This document shows, one piece after another, positions 24,582-37,084 of a stretch of 64,000 nucleotides of DNA. Under the pieces are notes generated by a model. It had not been told where the DNA came from. It was given only the letters and a program-made list of their open reading frames with translations, and made no database searches. Position 1 is the stretch's first letter. Every line of letters begins with the position of its first letter. This DNA comes from Octopus vulgaris (Eukaryota), in contig OX597830.1 of NCBI GenBank assembly GCA_951406725.2, positions 24,614,001-24,678,000 on the forward strand, in the 5' to 3' direction. The position numbers and the translations under genes are program-made.

Positions 24582-25201
24582 TTATATATATATATATATA
24601 TATATATCATCATCATCATCATTTAACGTCCGTTTTCCATGCTAGCTTGGGTTGGACGGTTCAACTGGGGTCTGGGAAACCAGAAGGCTGCACCAGGCCC
24701 AGTCGGATCTGGCAGTGTTTCTACAGCTGGATGCCCTTCCTAACACCAACCACTCCATGAGTGTAGTGGGTGTTTTTTATGTGCCACCTGCACAGGTGCC
24801 AGATGAGGCTGGCAAACGGCCACGATCGGATGGTGCTTTTTACGTGCCACTGGCACGGGGGCCAGACGAGGCTGGCAACGGCCACAATCGGATGGTGCTT
24901 TTTATGTGCCACCAGCACGGAGGCCAGTGGCGCTGGCTACAGCCACGTTTGGATGGTTCTCTTACGTGCCACCAGCATATAATGAGTTTCTGAATAGTTT
25001 TTCTATATTAAATTGCACTGGGTCAACCCAAAGCTTTAGAAGAGAGACACACTGTGGAATTGAACCTGACAACACATGGGTTGTTAAGCAAACTTCTTAA
25101 GCACATGACCATGCTCGTATCCATGTTGTTGTTGTTTTGTTTTAACACCAATCAGTGAATAATAAATAGTGTGTCATATATGAACCCTTTACATTTTTCA
25201 G

Positions 25202-25315
25202 CAAACAGATTATGATATGATGCAACTGGGAAGTGATGCTGAGATTAAGTGGATCAGTTACCTACTTGAACTTTCTCCGGACTGGTTGAAATCCTCTCTC
25301 ACCACAAAAGTCATG
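25202..25315 (+). CDS. Myo15: Myosin motor exon (GSDAEIKW)
   Basis: tttcag|CAA...GTCATG|gtatgt. QTDYDMMQLGSDAEIKWISYLLELSPDWLKSSLTTKVM; GSDAEIxW recalls invertebrate myosin XV; phase 0-0. Confidence 0.9.
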
Positions 25316-27138
25316 GTATGTTCTCCTACCTCTCACTTAATTTTGTTATCATGTTCATTGTTGTGGTTGATGAACTTCCTATGGCTCTTCATGTTGATCA
25401 TGTTATTATTGTTACAAGGCAGCAAGCTGGCAGAAACATTAGCACACCAGGTGAAATGCTTAGCGGTATTTCGTTCGTCTTTATGTTCTGAGTTCAAATT
25501 CTGCTGAGGTCAACTTTACCTTTCATTGTTTTGGGGCCAATAAATGAAGTACCAGTTGTGTACTGTGGTCGATCTAATCGACTGCCAACCCCCCCCTCCT
25601 CAAAAATCTCGGGCCTTGTGCCTAGAGTTGAAAAGATTATTGTTACTGGTTCTATTGTTGGTGTTGTTGTTTCTGCTGTTTTTTTGTTGTTGTTATTGTT
25701 CATGATGTTGTTTCTCTTCTTGTTGTTGTGGTTTAAAAAAATGGATTTTTCTTTTTTTTTTCTTGCCATTTTCTGGAGGTTCCCTTGTGTGTTGTTATTA
25801 ATTACTGTTCAGGCTGCATATTATATTATAATGAACAGATGGAAATATAATTTATCTTTATTTTCTACTTGTTTCAGTCGACTGGCCATACTGGAGCACT
25901 ACCTTGAAAAATTTTAGTCAAACAAATCAAATTCAGTACTTATTTTTTTGTAAAGCCCACTATTCTATCGATCCCTTTTGCTGAACTGCTAGGTTATGAA
26001 GACATAAATACACCAACACTAGTCACCAACCAGTGCTAGGGTATAAACACAGACACAGACACACTAGGTTTTAGTCTGTCAAATCCACTCACAAGGCTTT
26101 GGTCAGACCAAGCTATAGTAGAAGACACTTGCCCAAAGTATCATGCAGTGGGACTGAACCTGGAACCATGTGGTTGGGAAGCAAGCTTCTTACCACACAG
26201 CCACTGCATATTTTATTAAAAGATTTACTGAACAGGAGAACAACTGAATGTCAACATGTACTGGTTAATGGGACATTGTAACAAGATTAAAATAGAGCAT
26301 AACAATGACTAATTAGACTTGAAATGCCAGGAAGAATTGGTAGCAAATGTGAAGTAGAATTCCTTTTTGTTTCTGGCTGGATTCAGTAAAAGAAAAGCTA
26401 GTGTTGCTGGACAAGAGATGAGCTGTGTATTTCCTGGTGACCTTCACATATTTGTGCCCAGATTCTTGGTGTGGAAATGTTTTAATACTGAGCAAAGTGC
26501 TTCAAATTCAAGGACATTCAATGATGTTCCTTGATATGGCTGCATGCTAATTGGTAACTAATTAGAACAATACATAATGTACACAAGGCCAGCATATCTC
26601 ATCGACTTTGTAACTGAAATATGTTAGGTTCGATTCTAGCTCTTGCTACACTGTTATAATTGTTTTTGATGTGCACACTGAACATGTTAAAATTCTGCTT
26701 GTCCATCATTGGATTCTTATTCCATCACTGCCCACATGGGGCTACACACAGAGGGGACAAACAAACGGATTAAGTCAATTATATCGACCCCAGTGCATAA
26801 CTGGTACTCAGTTAATCAACCCCCGAAAGGATGAAAGATAAAGTCGACCTTGGCGGAATTTGAACTCAGAACATAGCGGCAGACGAAATACCGCTAAGCA
26901 TTTCGCCCGGCGTGCTAATGTTTCTGCCAGCTCGCCGCCTTAATCATTGGATTCTATGAGTAGCAAGAATGTGTTACTGTAATCGGTGATAGTGGAAAAA
27001 ATAACATTACAATTTACAATGAACTGAGTCACAATCTGTTCAGGACTCTTTGTGTGTGTGTGTGTGTGTTATGTGATAGCATGCATACATATAAAATGGA
27101 GAGCTGGCAGAATTGTTTACATGCAGGACAAAATATGA

Positions 27139-27379
27139 TGGTGCATGGGAAAAACCTATTGGATGTCGCTCACTGAACAGCTGAGAAAAATGAAGTCAAT
27201 GTCAAATAATGAAAAAAATAGGTCCCCACATCAGATTTCATTTTTTAATAGAAATACATTATGTATTTCTATTAAAAATGTGAAACCTGATGAGGGGACC
27301 TATTTTACACTATTTGACATTGACCTCATTTTTCTCAGCTGTTTAGTGAGCGACATCCAATAGGTTTCCCCATGCACCA
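27139..27379. repeat. 241-bp imperfect palindrome inserted in a SINE A copy
   Basis: tggtgcatggg...aatagaaatacat-t-atgtatttctatt...cccatgcacca; centre at 27260. Confidence 0.85.
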
Positions 27380-29096
27380 CTGCAAATGCTTAGCAGTATT
27401 TCTTCAGTATTTATGTTATAAGTTCAAATTCCACCAAGGCCAACATTGCATTCTTTCATTTTGGGGTCAATAAAATAAGTACGAGTTGAGGACTGGGATT
27501 AATGCAATCGACTTAGGCTTCAGTTTGGTCTATGATCATTTCATCTGATGTGGGGAACACCGTGAACCTGTACAATCAATGTCAGCTTGATGGAGAGAGT
27601 GACCTTATATACAGTACAACCATTTGACCATTATAAACAAATATTTGTGCTGGTCCTTCTGCAAAAAATTGTGGAATCCTCATCTGTTGTTCAACATACA
27701 CATGAGCCATCAAGGGTTACTAGTGGTCTTTTGACCAGCTAAAAGTAGTGACCATATATACTTCAAACTACACCTTACTCTCTTGAAAAGAGAATGCTTT
27801 CATTTTCATCATTATCATCATTTAATGTTCATTTCCATGCTGGCATGGCTTGGATGGTTTGTTAGGAACTGGTAAGCCGAAGAGCTGCACTAGGTCCCAG
27901 TTGTCTCTTGTGGCCTAGGTTCTATGGCTGGATGCCCTTCCTAGTGCCAACCACTTTACAGAGTGTACTGGGTGCTTTTTATGTGACATCAGCATGAGTA
28001 CTTTTTGTGTGACACCAGTACAGGCACTTTTTATGTGGCACCAACATCTATGAGCTCAGCTGAAAGAAGGACAGGATGGCCATGGCTGGAAGGTTTTTAA
28101 TCATAGCCCATGATCAGACTTGGATTGAGCAGATCTAAATATCAACAAAAGCATACTCAAGCCAATGGGAAGCAAATACTCGGTGACTTGCTAGAAATAC
28201 CAGCAAATCCCTTTCAAATTACATCTTTTACTGTCTTAGAAAATGATGGACACACTGAATAATGTAACCCTGAATCTGAACAAAAGATAGGAAGTTCATG
28301 ATTAAAATACTTTTGATCATAATCTGGCCTAGCAGCAGCAATTGCTAGACCAATGTTCAACATTACTCAATGCAGTTTTTATTTTACTCCCTACTCTTCT
28401 TATTAAGTCACATATCTGTGTTCCCAATTTGAATCTCTTGGCCCTTATTCTGTATCTAAGAATAGATACTTTTCTTCTGCCACATAATAGGGAAAAAATG
28501 TTAAATTTTACTTTAGCTGGACCCCAAAAATTATACAGCAAATAATCTAACGCTCTTAGGCTTATTACATCTTTATACATTAATTTTATTTCTATTAATT
28601 TCAATTTTATTTGTAACCATCTTCTTTCTAGTAGTATCCTATCACACCCTTAGCTTACTGGCTGTACCTCTTTTATCCTAGCTTGATTTATTATTAAATG
28701 CTAGCTACAAGTTGCCTATAGCTGACCAATATAGATCTGGTTTTTCCTCTCTTTGACTTTGTGTACTGTGAATCATTATAACCGCTCTGAAATATTACAT
28801 CCTTTTATTGCCATAGCATAAATATAAGATTTACCTTGGTTGTTACTCCTGAGAATATTTAAATAGTCACTATAATCAAGTATTCTTTAGCATGCCTTAT
28901 ATATAGTTCTCTTTTGAGATTTGATGATTTATAACCTGTAATATGAAATTAATTATTCTTAGGTTTGAGTTATGAGACTATAATTTGTTTAATTAAACTT
29001 AACTCATGCAGTACTTTATCCATCCAGTGGATGAATATAGTATATGTCTACTCCTTTCCAAGATTGATATCTTGTTTATGGTTGGTATAACATGTT

Positions 29097-29465
29097 TATT
29101 ACCTCTGCCTTAGCGAAGGTGGAGGTATTGTTTTCAGTTATGTTTGTTTGTTTATCCATGGACAACATATCTCAAGAACCACTAGATGGATTCGGATGAA
29201 ACTTGCAGAGACGTTTGGCCTCATGGCTGGCATGAACTGATTAGATCTTGGGATCAATTCAGTACCAGATAAGAATTCTCAGTTATTTTTCCTGTTTCTA
29301 TGCTTAATTTTTGAGAGAGGTCAGGTTCACTTTTAGTATTCTCGTTTGTGAGAGCTGTCGAGTGTACTTCAGATGTTCTCATTTTAAAAATCATCTCTGA
29401 CTAATCATTGAGAGAATGTTGGTGTTGCCTTGGCAGAAGTTTGCACTCTCTGAGTGCTCATTATT
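29097..29465 (+). mobile_element. Helentron-associated interspersed element (HINE/DINE-1-like)
   Basis: 5' acctctgcc...ggtggaggt palindrome, (GTTT)n, 3' sub-terminal repeat ggcagaagt plus hairpin gcactc-tct-gagtgc; T-rich flanks. Confidence 0.75.
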
Positions 29466-29748
29466 AATTTTTTATTATTAATAAGCATTATATTTTTCAC
29501 ACAACTTATGTTTATTATTTACTATTTTTACTATTGACTGTTTACTATTAACATATTTTTTCACATAACAACTTTACTCTCCCTTAATTATAGCATATAA
29601 CATTAAAAGTTTTTATTTTTCATTTTCTTCTATTTCATATCTCTAGGTTTTTGTTTTTTATATCTTATATTTCTTAATTGTTTAAAGATTTATATCTTAA
29701 TATTTTCTTTATATGATCTTAAGGACTTTGTAATTGTTTACCTTATAG

Positions 29749-29787
<39 letters not shown>

Positions 29788-30392
29788 ACTCTGTGGATAT
29801 ATGGATTATATCTGTAGACCCTTTGTACCACATCCGTTTAAAATTAATTTATTCATTATTTATTGTTAGCATTATTAACAATATTTTTTTCACCCTTCCA
29901 TAATTTTTCACCTTTTTTATAAATTTTATATATCTTCACATTTTTTATATACTTTATATTTCTTTAAAATTTCAATTTTTTAAATTTTTATATCTTAATA
30001 CACACCTATTTATAATTTTAAGTAATTTTATATACCTTGTATTTAATATTTAATTTTGTTGATTATAATATTACAGCTCTGCTATTTATAGTTGGCTTCT
30101 TTATTCTCACTCAATGATTCCCAAAGTCATGGTTTAGGGCTTTGTCCCCACAACCTTTATTCCATTATCCTTCAAAGTTTTTGCTTCTCTTAATATTATG
30201 GTAATTAGTAACAGTTGGGTTGGCTTTCTTCCTTTTTTCCCCTTACCCTCTCCTGCCAATCTTTTGCTTCCCTGTTACTCCCCTCTGCCTTCTCTGGTAG
30301 TAGAGACAAAGCTTGTGGATTGGTTCCATCAAAAATGACCTTGATAATTGAGTAGGTTGATCTGACCACAAATAATTTTCTTACCAGTTACC

Positions 30393-30619
30393 TATTTCTT
30401 TACTACCCACAAGGGGCTAAACACAGAGAGGACAAACAAGGACAGACGAACGGATTAAGTCGATTATATCGACCCCAGTGCGTAACTGGTACTTAATTTA
30501 TTGACCCCGAAAAGATGAAAGGCAAAGTCGACCCTAGCGGAATTTGAACTCAGAACGTAACAGCAGATGAAATACTGCTAAGCATTTCGCCCGGCTAACG
30601 TTTCTGCCAGCTCGCTGCC
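30393..30619 (-). mobile_element. SINE A with perfect 15-bp TSD
   Basis: ttcttaccagttacc on both sides. Confidence 0.88.
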
Positions 30620-31503
30620 TTCTTACCAGTTACCACTAGACAATAAACAACTCCTTGATAGATACATCCCAGACTAACAGGGCCAGAATCATGGTTTTCT
30701 CTAATGTTAGAAGTGGAGATAATTGGGTCACTGGAGGTCGTTTATTCTTTCTTCCACATAAAAACCCGACTAACCTCTAAATTTCTCTGATCTGATTATA
30801 TCTACATTACTTTGCTAAATCCATTCCTTCAACTGAAATAGTAGCAGAATCATTGAAAATGTTTTGCTCCATGGATTTAAACTGTTAAATCATTTGGAAT
30901 GTCCTTGATTGTAAAGTTCACGTATTCATCTGCAGAAAACGGTTTCTTCATAATGATATAATGTATTTATTAATCAATTAAAAAATTAATTAAAAACAGC
31001 CGTAATGAATTGACATCTGTTCTTCAATTGTTACCTGTTTATATTTTATTCACCTATCTCGGAACATGCCCTTTGCAAATCCTGATGTATATTATGGACT
31101 GTATAGTTCATAAAATGTACATGTTTGAATAGCTCAAGAGTGGATTATATACTCAGATGGGTCCAATTGTCTGCATCCACTGCAATAATATCACTTTGCC
31201 AGTACTTCTGAACCATGATTGGTATTTACATAATATTTACATAATATTGGTATTTACATAATATTACAAATCATCATCGTTTAAGCGGACGCTAAACGAT
31301 GATGATGATTGTTGTGTGTGAGTATTATTCCGATCTAACGAAGTGCTTCAACTTAAGTACCTAATTCAACGGAATCTTTGTGCATTTGTAATATTATATG
31401 CATATGTCTGTGAATCTGCATATGAGAAAGACAGAGAGATTGTGCATGAGTGTATATGTGTTTGCTACAGTAGGACTAATAGAAATCTGAATATCTTTTA
31501 CAG

Positions 31504-31562
31504 GAAGCCCGTGATGAAAGACTTGTCACTCCATTCACAATTGCTCAAGCACAAGATGCAAG
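31504..31562 (+). CDS. Myo15: Myosin motor exon (TEDS/cardiomyopathy loop)
   Basis: ttacag|GAA...GCAAG|gtaagt. EARDERLVTPFTIAQAQDA(R); phase 0-2; Glu lies 16 residues before DAIAK. Confidence 0.92.
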
Positions 31563-32400
31563 GTAAGTACAATACATAATATAGTATGTCCACTCTTTGT
31601 TTGCTACATGTGTGTGTGTGTGTGTGTGTGTTTGTCCTCTTCCTCATTTTAATGTCCACTTATCCATGAGTCAAGTAAAATTCACTGAGGTAGGTTTTTC
31701 TACTCCCTGATGTCCTTCTTGTCACCAGCCTTCACCTGTTTCCTGAAACCTGAAACAACAAACAACTCAATGGCTAGACATGTTTCCAAAGGAAGTCGCT
31801 AACAAATGACACCACATACAAAAAGGAGAAATGTTTGTTTACAAGCTGCACATGGTGTCAAGACAAGGAGGCTTGAAAACACACACAAGTACACACATAC
31901 GCTCTCATTCCATCCCTTCTCACACACACTACATGCATGCACGCACAAACACCACACACGCCCACTCTACCTTCAACGTGTGTCTTTCAGTTACCATCTC
32001 TCAAATCCACTCACAAGAGGACACTGAACCTCTGACTACATAGTATGCACAAAAGCACATAGATACATAGACAGATACTGCATACAGCTTCCTTTTCTCT
32101 TACTGTTACAGCATCTGTTCTTTTAAGATAAGCTCTGTACCAACCCTACTCATGTACACCCAATGGACATGCTATACCTCTCATCATTGCTACTATATTT
32201 CACCTTGCAATGTCTGTAGTAAACACTTCCAACTGCTTTCTTTCTATACCAGAATTACAATCCACTGGATCTACTTGTCTAATTATATTCTCTCAGCAGT
32301 CATCAATCAGTTCAGTGAAGTCAGTCATTAACTGATATGATTGATTTCACTATTTAAATGGGGCCACAAAGGTTAAGGGCTCTACCTATATTTATATACA

Positions 32401-33594
32401 CAGGTTTGGACAAAAAATGGAAACACATAGCATCATAATGTTGAAATATCTATAAAACCGTCAAAAGCATGTTTATTTTTATGTCCTTTGATTGTTTTGC
32501 TAAAATTGCTGTTTATTTTCAGATATCATCAGAAAAAGGTAATTAAAATTCATTAAAATGACAGATCTATTGGACTTTCAAAGAGGTCAAATTGCTGGTG
32601 CTTGTATGGCAGGCACTAGCGTAAGGAAAACAACCAAAATGTTTGGTGTATCAAGAAGTATTGTCTCGAAAGTAATGACAGTCTTTGAGAAAGAGAGAAA
32701 AACCTCCTTGTCGAAACAAAACTCTGGAAGAAAACCAAAACTTTAAGATAGGGACCATCGGACTCTTATGTGAATTGTCAGAAAGGATTACAAAAGTACA
32801 GCTCCCAAAATTACTGCTGAGTTTAATAACCACCTCAAGAACCCAGTTTCCACAAAAACTGTTTCCTAGGAGCTGAACAAAGCTGCAATCAGAAAGCCAC
32901 TAACTTCAAAAAACAAACGTTGCTGGAGTAAAAACCTACAGAATTGGTCCCTAGAGCAGTGGAAGAATGCTATTTTCTCAGACAAGTCATCCTTTACCTT
33001 ATTTCTGACCACTTACCAAGTATATGTGTGGAGACAGCCAAAAGAAGCATTTGACCCAGACTGCCTTCTTCCAACAGTTAAACATGGAGGAAGATCTGTG
33101 ATGATCTGGTGGGCTATATCTTGGAAATCCACTGGCCCAATGGTTTCCCTTTATGGCAGAATTAATAAGCATTTTATCTGATCAAATTCAACCTATGGTT
33201 GTGGAACTGTTTCTGGAGTGAAATGCAATCTTTCAGGATGATAATGCACCAATTCACACAGCTAAAGTTGTTACTGAATGGCACAAGGAACATTCTAGTG
33301 AAGTTGAACATCTTATCTGGCCACCACAGTCCCCAGATCTCAGTATTATTGAACATTTATGGTGCATTTTAGAAAAAACAAGGAATCGACATCCTCCACC
33401 ATCATCACTACAAGAACTGGAGACTGTTTTAGCTGAAAAATGGACAAAAATTCCTCTGGAAACAATTCAAACTTTGTACAAGTCCATACCTTGTAAAATT
33501 CAAGCTGTAATTACTGCCAAAGGCGGTCCTACCCCACATTGAAATAAATTTGTTTGAAATTTTAAGGTGATTCCATTATTTTGTCCAACTCCTG
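32401..33594 (+). mobile_element. Near full-length degenerate Tc1-like transposon, DD36E spacing
   Basis: TIRs caggtttggacaaaaaatggaaacac / gtgattccattattttgtccaactcctg|TA. Transposase from 32558: MTDLLDFQRGQI..., WKNAIFSDKS, TVKHGG, QDDNAPIH...WPPQSPDLSIIE; stops and frameshifts present. Confidence 0.92.
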
Positions 33595-33779
33595 TATGTA
33601 CATATGTGTGTATATGTATTTGTATATATCTGTGCTTGTATATATGTGTGTGCATGCATATATATGTATGTGTGTGTGAATTTATTCATACGTACATATA
33701 TATATAATTGGCACCTACCATATACACATACAACTATCCAAACACCCATACACAATGTTCAATTCATTACTCACTTCAC

Positions 33780-34250
33780 ACATCACTACACACACACACA
33801 CACACCCACAAACATCTTCCCACTATCCACACATCTACACACCACCTAAACAAGCAGATATCAACTGCTAAACACAAGCATTTGCACACATACACATGCT
33901 CACACACACACACAAGCGCACACACACACATGCACACACACATACATGTGCACAGACACACTCACATGTGCACAGACACACACATATGTACACAGATACA
34001 CACATGCACATGCTCACACACACACGATAATCTTGCACATATAAACATGTCCATATGCATACTCGCACATATACACACATCCATATGTGCATGCACATAC
34101 ACACACTCACACACACACAAATACACAAATTGCACATCACTCCATACCACACATTTGCAAAATTACTTGTACACATACACACACACACACACCCAGGCCA
34201 ATGCATTTGCGCACACACGATAACCACACACAAACACATATACATATGTC
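33780..34250. repeat. Degenerate (CA)n-rich tract
   Basis: Read directly. Confidence 0.85.
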
Positions 34251-34784
34251 CATCAGTATGAATCAGAACAGCTGTAAATGATAATGATTAATTTGCTGTT
34301 AATTATAAACAATTATTAACTGCCAAATCTCCATTTTCTTCTTTTATATGATTATAAGATATATGTTTTTGTATATATATATATATATATTGCCGGTGGC
34401 ACATAAAAAGCACCATCCGAATGTGGCCGATGCCAGCGCTGCCTTGACTGGCTTTCGTGCTGGTGGCACGTTAAAAGCACCAACCAATCGTGGACGATGC
34501 TGGACTCCCCTGGCACCTGTGCAGGTGGCACGTAAAAAGCACCCACTACACTCGCGGAGTGGTTGGCATTAGGAAGGGCATCCAGCTGTAGAAACACTGC
34601 CAGATCAGACTGGAGCCTGGTGCAGCCCCTGGCTTCCCAGACCCCAGTCGAACCATCCAACCCGTGCTAGCACGGAAAACGGACGTTAATTTTTTAAAGA
34701 AATTTATTCTCCAAAATACTTTGTATTGAACCAGTATTTCCTTGATTGAAACCATCCCTTCATGAGGTCAACATAACCTCTAAT

Positions 34785-34824
<40 letters not shown>

Positions 34825-35081
34825 AAATGAAGAAAATGCTGACAAATAATTGAAGTAATTTAAGTAATTTAATTAGGTGAATGTTCTTTTACCGGTTTCA
34901 CAGACAGTGCTATAAGATGTTGCACAAGCACTTGACTCTGAATGCACTGCGATTCTTAGAGATACAACTGTAAGCTTATGAGGTTGATTAGGTACTTCCT
35001 GTTCTCTTCTTATTTAGTTACTCCATATTTTATTCTGTATTAATCTAAGGCTTTATTGTCAAGCATCTGTGCATTGTACAG

Positions 35082-35385
35082 TTCTGTATTTAGGAGATGA
35101 GGAATTATGTACATTATTTACATTTGATGGGCATATGGCGTAGTGGTTAAGAGCACGGGCTACTAACCCCAAGATTCCGAGTTCGATTCCAGGCAGTGAC
35201 CTGAATAATAATAATAATAATAATAATAGTAATAGTAATAACAACATCGAAAAATACCTTAGGAATGAGTACCCAGGTTCGAAATTTCCCCCAAGACACC
35301 TGATGAAGGCTGAAGGGTATATCAGCCGAAACGTGTCAACAACAAACAAGATGAGGACAAATATCCGTTAAATGTAAATAATGTA
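35082..35385 (+). mobile_element. tRNA-headed non-autonomous element with hammerhead-like motif and inverted tail
   Basis: A-box tggcgtagtgg and B-box gagttcgattc (35129-35201), (AAT)n, GACAC-CUGAUGA-a-GGCUGA...UCAGCC-GAAAC-GUGUC (35295-35337), 16-bp inverted repeat 35110-35125 / 35370-35385. Confidence 0.75.
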
Positions 35386-35746
35386 TATGTGCATTGTGTT
35401 CTAGCAACTGGTTATCAGTATCTCTATGGCTGAACAAAGTTATTTTATATATATATATTTATACACACACACCAGTCTGAAATTTTTGGGTGTCCACGCT
35501 ATTACTAAATAGTCATTGAACATACACTAAGTTCATCTGTTTGACAGGACTTGTTTTCACTTCTCCTAGGTTCCTAGCAACCCTCGTCACTTGGTTAGCC
35601 TTGTTGGGTGCCAGTTCGGTCCTCAACAAACCAACCATGCAACCAGTTTTACTGAATTCCATGTTACTAGTAGCATTCATGAGAGACCAACAAGTGATCT
35701 GACATACATGTATGTATATATATATATATATATATACATACATACA

Positions 35747-35798
<52 letters not shown>

Positions 35799-36137
35799 CG
35801 TGGAAGTGTGGTAAGAAGTTTGCTTCCCAAACACATGGTTCTAGGTTCAGTCCCACAGCATGGTGCCTGGGGCAAGTGTCTTCTACTCTAGCTTTGGGCC
35901 AACCAAAGCCTTGGGAGTGGATTTGGCTGATGGAAACTGAAAGAAGTCCATCATATATATCATCATCATTGTTTAACCTTCCATTATTGTCTGCCTTCCA
36001 TGCTAGCATGGGTTGGACGGATTGATAGGAGTTGGCCAGGCAGAAGACTGCACTGGACTTCTGGGTCTGTTTTGGCATGGTTTTAACAGCTGGATGCCCT
36101 TCCTAACACTAACCACCCATAGAGTGGGCTAAAATAT

Positions 36138-36173
<36 letters not shown>

Positions 36174-36247
36174 GTATATGTAGGTCCCGGGTTGAGTCGG
36201 GGTTAACCACAGTAAATAAGGTACTCAATACATAGCAGAGTAAATTA

Positions 36248-36352
36248 ATTTATTTTATAGAAGGAGCTTCTACAGGACTAGAACTGTTTCATTCAAAAGA
36301 AATCATCTGAATGAAACAGTTCTAGTCCTGTAAAGCTCCTTCTATAAAATAA

Positions 36353-36354
<2 letters not shown>
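36248..36354. repeat. Near-perfect inverted repeat (~48-bp arms, 12-nt spacer) between (TA)n tracts
   Basis: atttattttatagaaggagctt(c)tacaggactagaactgtttcattca and its reverse complement, one indel. Confidence 0.9.
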
Positions 36355-36394
<40 letters not shown>

Positions 36395-36521
36395 AATGGA
36401 GTTGAACGACAAATTAACAAAATTCCTTTATTTTCGACATATGTTTTGAAGGCTGCAAATTGCTACCCAGGTATCGGTTAACCGAATTATCCATAACAAG
36501 ATAATTCATTCAACTACTCAA

Positions 36522-36560
<39 letters not shown>

Positions 36561-36588
36561 TGTATATATACACATGAATATATATAAG

Positions 36589-36620
<32 letters not shown>

Positions 36621-36945
36621 TATATACACATATATATATATATACATATATATATACACATATATATATATGTACATATACATACACACACACACATATA
36701 TATATATATAAGACAAGGTATAGATAATTGCCATTACATATTTTTCTGACCATTATTTATACCTTGTCTTATATATCACTCTGTGTAAAAACCAGTTGGA
36801 ATTGTGAAAAACCATAAACTTGGACCCTACTAAAAGATTGCCTGGAGTTCTTCACTAATCTAAACAATATTGTTAACCTGGTGTGCCAACAGAGAGCTTA
36901 TGAAATATTTTGCCCGGATTGCTAATCCTTCACTATTAGCTCTGT

Positions 36946-36979
<34 letters not shown>

Positions 36980-37048
36980 CACACACACACATATATAAAT
37001 GTATATATTATGTGTATGAGTATGTATTTGTATACATACATATATACA

Positions 37049-37084
<36 letters not shown>

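Noticed and set aside
28329-29090. Complex AT-rich stretch with short ORFs
   Set aside because: No recognisable protein motif in the frames examined.
35129-35201. Functional tRNA gene
   Set aside because: A and B boxes are present but the acceptor and anticodon stems pair poorly; it is the head of a repeat.
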